The position numbers and the translations under genes are program-made. From Pseudomonadota bacterium (GTDB lineage Bacteria; Campylobacterota; Campylobacteria; Campylobacterales; Sulfurimonadaceae): DNA of 64,000 nt. Shown here in pieces: positions 56,689 through 64,000 of the stretch. The notes under the pieces were generated by a model, which saw only the letters and a program-made list of their open reading frames with translations, had not been told where the DNA came from and ran no database searches. Every line of letters begins with the position of its first letter. The first letter of the stretch is position 1. The stretch is taken from NCBI GenBank assembly GCA_043797085.1, contig JAZDQA010000014.1:32001-96000 (forward strand), read 5' to 3'.

Positions 56689-59600
56689 ATGCCAATAAAA
56701 AATGAATTTAATCTAAATTATGAAAAGTTGACCCTTGTGGGATTAGGTGCGAGCGCGGGAGGGTTCGAGGCTCTTTTAAAATTTATCCAAAATATCGAAC
56801 CATCCGACGCGATTACCTACATTATTACTCAGCACCTCGATCCCAAACAACCAACGATGCTAGGCTCGCTGCTGCAAAAATACTCCAAACTTCCTATTAT
56901 CCAAGTGACCAATAAAATGAAGCCAAAGGGCAATACCATTTATTTCTGCCCGCCAAGTTTTGATCTGGTCCTCGAAGAGGGTCACTTTCTCTTAATGACG
57001 CCTCCCCTCAAACCCTACCCAAAACCCTCCGTTAACCGTTTCTTTAAATCACTTGCACTCGAAAAAAAAGAAAAAGCGATTGGAATTATCTTAAGCGGTA
57101 CAGGAAGTGATGGGGCTGAGGGAATTGTGGCGATCAAGCAAAATGGGGGAATCGCCCTTGCTCAAAATGAAAATGCCAAATATTTTTCAATGCCCAAAGC
57201 CGCAATCGATACGGAAGCGGTAGACGCAGTACTTCCACCTGACCTTCTCGCGCAGGGGATTATTTATGCCATCGACGATCCTACCTATTTTGACCGTCAT
57301 TTTGATGTGTTGGATAACATCGATAAAGTTTTCAGCCTTCTCAACCAAAAAGGTGAAGTTGATTTTAGCGATTACAAAGAAGCCACCATCCATCGCCGAC
57401 TTGAGCGCAGAATCATCGAAACCAAATCTGAAAGCGTTGATGAGTACATTACCCTTTTACAACGCTCTCCAGCAGAGATACTAAATCTAAAAAAAGAACT
57501 TCTGATTATCGTCACCTCTTTGTTTCGTGACAAAGAAGCATTTGCTGCATTAGAAGAACACTTAGAAAAAATACTCGCCGATAAACTTGATAACCATGTA
57601 CGTATATGGGTTGCAGGCTGTGCGTTTGGTGATGAAGCCTATTCTATCGCCATTGTGATCACTGAACTTCTCAAAAAAATGGGAATGACTAAAAAAGTAA
57701 CTATTTTTGCAACAGATGTCAGTGAAGAAGCTATCGACGAAGCCCGAAGCAGAAACTTTAGTGAAGACGAAGTGAGTCACATCGATCCGCTGTTGATAAA
57801 CCTTTATTTTGTGGAAAAAAATCACCGATTTACTCCGACTAAAAGCATACGCGATATGATTGTTTTTTCGAAGCATGACGTTATCAAGGATCCTCCATTT
57901 TTGAATCTGGATTTTGTCAGCTGCCGTAATCTTCTGATCTATTTCAACCCTGATTTACAGCAACGGGTTCAAAGTATTTTTTATTATGCTTTGCGTTATC
58001 AGGGGCTGATGTTTTTAGGGTCTTCCGAGACAATCGGGACCTTGACCAATCTTTTCTCCATCGTCGATAACAAATACAAAATTTATCGAAAATCCAATGA
58101 TACGGGCGTTATAGATATCGAAGGATTAGCCTATTTTCAGAAAAAAGAGTTTAAACGCGGTACGAAAAAATTGCGCGATGAAGTCAACAGTCTGGATGTT
58201 AATGCATCCATAAACAGTGCTGTCACCTCCTTTTTTGCGATCAATGGGGTCGTTGTAGATGGCAACGGAACGATCTTGTTTTTCAAGGGAGAGAACAAAT
58301 ACATCTCTAATCCGCAAGGGCTTGTGACCAACGACATTTACAAACAAGTTTCCGATTTTTTACGTTTGGACATGAGAGCAACATTGGGTGAAGTAATCCG
58401 AAATGAGCAAGTCGTTGCCTCTAAAAAAATCAGGGTTTTACCACTGAGCGATGAACGAAAGTATGTTGTCATCACCGTATTTCCACTCGGACACAATAAG
58501 CTCTCAGAAAACAGTTTCTTCATTACCTTTGATGATATCAATGAAAAAGAGACCTCGTCTATTTCCTCTTATCAGCCCCAAACTGTCGATGGATACGACT
58601 TCAACATTCTCGAGAATGAACTCTCTGCTCTCAAAGAACGGCTTCAAATCACGATAGAAGAACTCGAAACCTCCAATGAAGAGCTACAAAGTACCAACGA
58701 AGAGCTCCAAAGCACCAACGAAGAGTTACAAAGCACCAATGAAGAGCTAGAGACTTCCAATGAAGAACTGCAAAGTACCAACGAGGAACTGCGTACCGTC
58801 AATGACGAGTTCGAACACAAAAATAATGAACTCGCCTTTGTCAACGAAGCCCTCAACAAAGTGGTAGAAGTCATCAATACCGATGTGTTGATTTTAGATA
58901 AGAATCTGGATCTTTTTCTTCATACCAAAGGTGTTGAGAAGTTTTTTGAAATTGCCAATGCCAATCGAATCAATCTAAGCGAGATTATTATTCATGAGCA
59001 TTTCCCCATCCCCAATCTTTTTGACGACATTAAAAACGTCGTTCAAAATACGAATGAAGTGCAATACGATTTGACCATCGATCATCGAATCTATTGGCTG
59101 CAAATAAAACGAATCAACCTCTCTGCTAATGATTACGGTGTCATTATCAGCTTTACCGACAAAACGGATATTATCCGCAATCAAGAGTTGATGTTTCAGC
59201 AGTCAAAACTCGCCAGTATGGGAGAAATGATCGGTAACATTGCCCATCAATGGCGACAACCGCTCAACACTTTGGCGCTCAATCTTTTTGGAATACAGAA
59301 AAAATTTGAAAATAAGACGATTGATGAGGCAATGTTTAATACCTTTGTGGAAGAGTCGCAAAACAACATACAGCACATGTCCTCAACTATTGATGATTTT
59401 AGAGATTTTTTCAATCCTAACAAATCAAAAAAACTTTTTTCCCTCTATGAAATTACCCAAAAAACCATTTCATTTGTCAAAGACACCTTTGACAATCATA
59501 ATATTGTCATACAAAATGATACCCATGAGGACGTACAAATCTATGGATTTGAAAATGAGTTTGCTCAAGTGTTGCTCAATATTTTGAATAACTCAAAAGA

Positions 59601-59892
59601 TGCCCTCATTAAAACCGGTAATCCAAATGGGTTAATACAAATTGGCATACAACGACAAGACAATATCGTTCGGATGATTATCACGGATAATGGAAGCGGT
59701 GTCCCCTCAGAGCTAATTGATCGCTTGTTTGAGCCTTATTTTACGACTAAAGATAAAAAAGAAGGAACCGGAATTGGATTGTATATGAGTAAAATGATTA
59801 TTGAAAACAGCATGAACGGATCTATCCAAATGGAATCACTGGATCATGGTATGCAAACCACTATTTCACTGCAAGCAGAACCTAATGCTTAA
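56689..59892 (+). CDS. CheB-CheR fusion with coiled coil, PAS-like region and histidine kinase
   Basis: CheB GASAGG/QHL/SGTGSDG; CheR WVAGC..GDEAYS and SCRNLLIY; (NEELQST)n coiled coil; HK AHQWRQP, N-box, DNGSG and GTGIGL. Confidence 0.92.
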   Translation: MPIKNEFNLNYEKLTLVGLGASAGGFEALLKFIQNIEPSDAITYIITQHLDPKQPTMLGSLLQKYSKLPIIQVTNKMKPKGNTIYFCPPSFDLVLEEGHFLLMTPPLKPYPKPSVNRFFKSLALEKKEKAIGIILSGTGSDGAEGIVAIKQNGGIALAQNENAKYFSMPKAAIDTEAVDAVLPPDLLAQGIIYAIDDPTYFDRHFDVLDNIDKVFSLLNQKGEVDFSDYKEATIHRRLERRIIETKSESVDEYITLLQRSPAEILNLKKELLIIVTSLFRDKEAFAALEEHLEKILADKLDNHVRIWVAGCAFGDEAYSIAIVITELLKKMGMTKKVTIFATDVSEEAIDEARSRNFSEDEVSHIDPLLINLYFVEKNHRFTPTKSIRDMIVFSKHDVIKDPPFLNLDFVSCRNLLIYFNPDLQQRVQSIFYYALRYQGLMFLGSSETIGTLTNLFSIVDNKYKIYRKSNDTGVIDIEGLAYFQKKEFKRGTKKLRDEVNSLDVNASINSAVTSFFAINGVVVDGNGTILFFKGENKYISNPQGLVTNDIYKQVSDFLRLDMRATLGEVIRNEQVVASKKIRVLPLSDERKYVVITVFPLGHNKLSENSFFITFDDINEKETSSISSYQPQTVDGYDFNILENELSALKERLQITIEELETSNEELQSTNEELQSTNEELQSTNEELETSNEELQSTNEELRTVNDEFEHKNNELAFVNEALNKVVEVINTDVLILDKNLDLFLHTKGVEKFFEIANANRINLSEIIIHEHFPIPNLFDDIKNVVQNTNEVQYDLTIDHRIYWLQIKRINLSANDYGVIISFTDKTDIIRNQELMFQQSKLASMGEMIGNIAHQWRQPLNTLALNLFGIQKKFENKTIDEAMFNTFVEESQNNIQHMSSTIDDFRDFFNPNKSKKLFSLYEITQKTISFVKDTFDNHNIVIQNDTHEDVQIYGFENEFAQVLLNILNNSKDALIKTGNPNGLIQIGIQRQDNIVRMIITDNGSGVPSELIDRLFEPYFTTKDKKEGTGIGLYMSKMIIENSMNGSIQMESLDHGMQTTISLQAEPNA
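58662..58790 (+). repeat. In-frame 21-nt degenerate tandem repeat encoding NEEL(Q/E)(S/T)(T/S)
   Basis: Heptad repeat inside the CheBR gene, with synonymous variation between units. Confidence 0.8.
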
Positions 59893-61186
59893 GGACTATT
59901 CTCTTTTATACGTTGAAGACAACTCCGAAACGGCACGTGCATTTATCGGTGCATTTGCCGAGTATTTTAAAGCCGTATATGCGGCTAAAGATGGGGAAGA
60001 AGGATTGGCTCTTTTTGAAAAGAATTCTCCTGATATTGTTTTAACTGATATTCAGATGCCTAAAATAGGAGGGTTGGAGATGATTGCACGGATGCGTGAA
60101 TCCTCACCCAATATTCCCATTATCGTTAACTCCGCTTTCAGTGATACCCATTTGCTGCTTAAAGCGATCGCATTGCACGTCGATGACTACATTTTAAAAC
60201 CAACTAATCCGGTGCTTCTTTTGGGTACATTAAAAAAAATAGCCCGCGTTTTAACCCTTGAAAAAAAATTGGATGATTCGCATAAGATGATGCAAACTAT
60301 TATTGACGAAATCCCCGATCCCATCCTCTATATCTTGCCTGATTACACCGTAAGCATGATGAACAAAGCGGCAAAAGAGCTCAAGGGTGAGGGTACGGAC
60401 AAGATATTGCCACAATGTTATACTATTTCGAATCAGACGAACGGCGCGTGTACAAACGACCATAAAAACTGTCCTATAGATCATGTTTCCAACACAAAAC
60501 AGCCTTCTACCATTCGCCATATGCATACCGATAAACAGGGTAAAAAACATCATATAGACATTCATGCAAAACCAATTTTTGACAACGATGGAAATATTAT
60601 CGCCTATCTCGAAATTCGGCATGATATTAGCGCCTATTTGAACATTCAAAATCAATTGCTGAATGAAACAAAAAAATTAACCCATATCTCTATGCATGAT
60701 TCACTCACTCATCTGCCCAATCGTCGTCTTCTCGCGGATCGAATCAGTCATACAATCGAAAAGAAAAGTCGTTCAAATGAAATATTTGCACTCTTTTTTA
60801 TTGACTTGGATCATTTCAAAGAGATCAACGATTCACTGGGTCATTTGGTTGGGGATCAGCTTTTGGTGCAAGTAGCGAAACGAATACAAAAATCAATCCG
60901 AAAAGGGGACACCATCGCACGCAATGGAGGCGATGAATTTGTACTCATTGTCGATAACGAAGATTCTGGTCAGCATTTTATATCAGTTGCCGAAAAAATA
61001 TTAGAACTTTTTAAATCACCCTTCCCCATCAATCATGAAGAAGTTTTCAGTTCATGCAGTATCGGGATCAGTATTTATCCTAAAGACGGGAAAACCGTAG
61101 AGGAGTTACTCAAAAACTCCGATGCTGCTATGTACGACTCAAAACAAGCCGGACGGCATCAATTTTCTTTTTACTCTTCCAACTAA
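59885..61186 (+). CDS. Response regulator diguanylate cyclase (REC-PAS-GGDEF)
   Basis: YVED...LTDIQMP...KP receiver, Cys-containing PAS, RKGD I-site and RNGGDEF. Start re-assigned to ATG 59885, overlapping the HK stop. Confidence 0.9.
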   Translation: MLKDYSLLYVEDNSETARAFIGAFAEYFKAVYAAKDGEEGLALFEKNSPDIVLTDIQMPKIGGLEMIARMRESSPNIPIIVNSAFSDTHLLLKAIALHVDDYILKPTNPVLLLGTLKKIARVLTLEKKLDDSHKMMQTIIDEIPDPILYILPDYTVSMMNKAAKELKGEGTDKILPQCYTISNQTNGACTNDHKNCPIDHVSNTKQPSTIRHMHTDKQGKKHHIDIHAKPIFDNDGNIIAYLEIRHDISAYLNIQNQLLNETKKLTHISMHDSLTHLPNRRLLADRISHTIEKKSRSNEIFALFFIDLDHFKEINDSLGHLVGDQLLVQVAKRIQKSIRKGDTIARNGGDEFVLIVDNEDSGQHFISVAEKILELFKSPFPINHEEVFSSCSIGISIYPKDGKTVEELLKNSDAAMYDSKQAGRHQFSFYSSN

Positions 61187-61245
61187 AAAGAATTGATGAT
61201 TTTTAAAGAATAGAGGGCGAAATAGCAGCAAGAGCTATCTCTTAA

Positions 61246-62847
61246 TTATGGGTTATTAGTAAAATAGTGCTTAACACCATCCATAATACCGCCTACCATC
61301 CACTTTTGGTATTTACCATCTGCAATACGAGCCGATTCATCCGGGTTACTGATATAGCCTATCTCCAGTAAAATTGCCGGCATTTGAGCTCCTACTAATA
61401 CCCAAAAAGGAGCTTCTCTTGCTCCATTATCTTTAATATTTGGATATTGTTTACGAAGATTATTTAAAACACCTTTTTGAATGTCAATGGCAAGTTTATT
61501 AGACGCAATAATTTTCTCACTGTTTAAGACGTTTAAAAAACTGAGCTTACCATAAGCACCCATTTCACTCATGTCTTCTGAGTTTTCTAACGCAGCAACA
61601 CGCATAGCCCGCTCACTTCGTCCGGGTGAGAGATAATATGTTTCAATACCATAGGCGGCATTGACATCCGAACCTTTAGGTATTGCATTGGCATGAACGG
61701 ATAAAAAAAGATCTGCCGATTTATCATTAGCAAATTTTGTTCGATCTTTGAGCTCAATAAAGGTATCGTTCGATCGAGTCATATGCACCGTATATCCCAT
61801 CGAGCGCAGTTCTTCATAAAGCTGAAGACTCACTTGCAATACGATGTCTTTTTCCATGTGTCCATTACCCGTAGCACCACTGTCTTTTCCACCATGTCCC
61901 GGGTCAATCACGATCACTTTTTTACTTCGATCACGAGGAGTAATACTGGTTAAAGGAGGTAAAGTTCCAATCAAAGCAGGGGGCTCTTGAATAATTGGAG
62001 GCTGCACTACTAATGTAGCTGGAGTCACTCCCTTAGTAGTCACTGGTAATGAAAGGTCAATATATACTGATTGACCTTTCATTGTTGGCTTTATCGCGAT
62101 GGCTTCGTTGTGTTCGATAACGATACGAAGTGTTTTAGAATCGTATTGCGCTAAACGAATTTTTTGAATCGAACTGTGCTCAAGTGTTTTGGTTTGCGAT
62201 AAGCTTCCGCCATCAATATCAATAATATAACGAAATCGCTGTTTATCCGCCTCAATTATTTTAGAAAGACGAATTTCATTGGCTTCTACTTTTGAATCAA
62301 ACGTCAACTCTATACCCGTATCTTTCCATTGTGTATCCAATAAACGATGACGTTTCAGCAGTTCCATTTCATTGACAGTTTTAAGAATCATAGGTTTTTT
62401 AATGAGTTCTTCTTTTGTTGGTGTCAAGAAATCAGGAATGTTAGTGCTGGGCAGCGGAATTGAAGTTTTTAGATATTCTTTTGGAAACACAAGCGGTTTT
62501 TGCGTGGGGTCAATGGGAGTTGGAATTGCTGCCGCAACAACAAAAGTATTTTGGGCGATGGCAGGAGAAGAAAACTTTGTCAGCTCGGTTTTATACCGAG
62601 TAACGTCGATTCGTAAAAGCTCTCCTCCCTTTACAATCCCTTCTAATGCTTCTTTTTCTAAAGCACTGTTTTTGGTTTGTATTGCTTTGAGATAAATGCT
62701 TTTAGACTCATTGTATCCTCGAAACTGCTCTATTTCATCATTGCTAGTCAGTGCTTTTTTAGCTTTTTCTAACCGTGTACTATCATCGTTAACTCCCAGT
62801 AACAGCGATACTGAAAGAAGTAATAAAAAAATAATTTGTTTTAACAT
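61246..62847 (-). CDS. amiA: N-acetylmuramoyl-L-alanine amidase (AMIN + Amidase_3)
   Basis: IDPGHGGKDSGA, EKD, SVHANA and ILLEIGY; signal peptide. Confidence 0.9.
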   Translation of the reverse strand: MLKQIIFLLLLSVSLLLGVNDDSTRLEKAKKALTSNDEIEQFRGYNESKSIYLKAIQTKNSALEKEALEGIVKGGELLRIDVTRYKTELTKFSSPAIAQNTFVVAAAIPTPIDPTQKPLVFPKEYLKTSIPLPSTNIPDFLTPTKEELIKKPMILKTVNEMELLKRHRLLDTQWKDTGIELTFDSKVEANEIRLSKIIEADKQRFRYIIDIDGGSLSQTKTLEHSSIQKIRLAQYDSKTLRIVIEHNEAIAIKPTMKGQSVYIDLSLPVTTKGVTPATLVVQPPIIQEPPALIGTLPPLTSITPRDRSKKVIVIDPGHGGKDSGATGNGHMEKDIVLQVSLQLYEELRSMGYTVHMTRSNDTFIELKDRTKFANDKSADLFLSVHANAIPKGSDVNAAYGIETYYLSPGRSERAMRVAALENSEDMSEMGAYGKLSFLNVLNSEKIIASNKLAIDIQKGVLNNLRKQYPNIKDNGAREAPFWVLVGAQMPAILLEIGYISNPDESARIADGKYQKWMVGGIMDGVKHYFTNNP

Positions 62848-62853
62848 ACGATA

Positions 62854-63945
62854 TTATTCACCCTGCGTCAACTCGGCCATCAACTCTTTGACGGAGATTA
62901 TCTTCTCAATACGGTAACCATTCGTTCCCGAAAAGAAAAGACCAAAATCTAAATTTCCAAAATAAGCATCACTAAGACGATCGGCAATACAAAAGCCAAC
63001 CTCTTTTGCTTCAACACCTCTATGGCACGGAGCAACACAGTTTGAGATACATTTAATGGCAGGACCCGTACGTGTGTCAATAAGACCATGCAAATTGGTA
63101 CGAACACCGCGAGCAGGATAACCCACAGGAGATTTCATCAAAGTGATATCTTCTTCTTTAGCATCAAGCAGAACTTGCTTGAAATTATCATGCGCATCAC
63201 ATTCAAAAGTACCGATGAAACGGGTTCCCATTTGAACGCCGGATGCACCCAATGCCATCATTTCATCAATGTCCGATTTGTTCCACACACCACCGGCGGC
63301 TATAACAGGAATATTACCCCATAATGCAGCTTCTTCAACAACCGGTTTTACCAAGTTTTCAAGCTGATACTCATCCATCGCGCATTGCTCATAGGTAAAA
63401 CCTTGATGACCGCCACTTTTAGGACCTTCAAGAATAACGGCGTCAGGAAGGCGGTTATAGCGTTTTTGCCATCGCTTGCAGATAATTGAAAGCGCTTTAG
63501 GAGAAGAGATAATCGGGACGAGTGCAACATCAGGATAATCAGCCGTAAACTCAGGCATATTCGTTGGCAATCCGGCACCCGTGATGATAATATTCGCACC
63601 CGCTTCACATGCATCCGTAACTACCCGACCGTAATCATTAATAGCGTACAAAACGTTACATGCCAACGGAGCATCACCACAGATTTTACGAGCATTTTCG
63701 AAAATAGCGATAAGTCCTTTTCGAGAATAAAAGTTTTCTGCTTCCAAGGGACGACCTGCAACAAGTCTATCTGAATAACTTTTGTCTCCGTAGTTTCCAG
63801 TTCCTACCGAACTAATAACTCCAAGACCACCCTCAAGAGAAACGTTTCCAGCGAGTCTATCCCAACTGATTCCAACACCCATACCACCTTGAACGATGGG
63901 AACTGGGATAGTATATTTACCGATTTGAAGTGGTTTAAAACTCAT
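62854..63945 (-). CDS. Nitronate monooxygenase-family flavoprotein, probably FabX-like
   Basis: PIVQGGMGVGIS, EGPKSGGHQG and C-terminal CISNCVAPC...FCI; tyrS-(this gene)-amiA synteny as in Helicobacter. Confidence 0.8.
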   Translation of the reverse strand: MSFKPLQIGKYTIPVPIVQGGMGVGISWDRLAGNVSLEGGLGVISSVGTGNYGDKSYSDRLVAGRPLEAENFYSRKGLIAIFENARKICGDAPLACNVLYAINDYGRVVTDACEAGANIIITGAGLPTNMPEFTADYPDVALVPIISSPKALSIICKRWQKRYNRLPDAVILEGPKSGGHQGFTYEQCAMDEYQLENLVKPVVEEAALWGNIPVIAAGGVWNKSDIDEMMALGASGVQMGTRFIGTFECDAHDNFKQVLLDAKEEDITLMKSPVGYPARGVRTNLHGLIDTRTGPAIKCISNCVAPCHRGVEAKEVGFCIADRLSDAYFGNLDFGLFFSGTNGYRIEKIISVKELMAELTQGE

Positions 63946-64000
63946 TAGGACACCTTTATTCTGGCAAATTTTCGTTTGCCGATTTGCACAACGTACTCAC
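63945..64000 (-). CDS. tyrS: Tyrosine--tRNA ligase, 3' end only
   Basis: Minus strand reads EYVVQIGKRKFARIKVS* (S4-like C-terminus); stop overlaps the next ATG. Confidence 0.75.
   Translation of the reverse strand, partial: EYVVQIGKRKFARIKVS

Noticed and set aside
58662..58790. 21-nt tandem repeats as a possible CRISPR or VNTR
   Set aside because: They are in-frame coding heptads of the CheBR coiled coil with synonymous variation and no spacers.
67..63614. Numerous 60-180 aa ORFs antisense to or nested in long genes
   Set aside because: They are shadow ORFs of well-supported genes, with no motifs or RBS.

Overview
A 64 kb chromosomal window from an AT-rich Campylobacterota (Epsilonproteobacteria) genome. 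A Sulfuricurvum/Sulfurimonas-like organism is inferred from gene content and synteny. The window has four parts. (1) 1-30.6 kb is core-like: RND efflux, dapE, flaG-fliS (no fliD), argG, an FTR-rhodanese fusion, rplI-era, peptidoglycan-shape peptidases, a Cts/type IV pilus-T2SS-like cluster, a UvrD-like helicase, fliW, valS, pyrF and tRNA-Ser(GCT). (2) A complete-looking ~5.3 kb integrative element sits in the tRNA 3' end. It has a 24 bp att direct repeat, paired arm-type repeats, a Rep_trans rolling-circle initiator, an Xis-like HTH, a tyrosine integrase, a hairpin-rich origin region and two HEPN-like/AbiJ-like cargo genes that may be anti-phage. (3) 36-61 kb is a mosaic accessory region: an ABC/TolC exporter divergent from nnrS with an Fnr-type box, a resolvase relic, a two-part arsenic cluster, a RES-domain gene with integron-cassette-like edges and a REP-like doublet, three diguanylate cyclases, and an operon of a winged-helix-LOV protein, a CheB-CheR-histidine kinase and a REC-PAS-GGDEF protein. 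(4) 61-64 kb returns to core genes (amiA, fabX-like, tyrS 3' end). The best candidates for undescribed systems are the minimal rolling-circle integrative element with HEPN cargo and the wHTH-LOV signalling operon. All calls come from reading motifs by eye; no searches were run.
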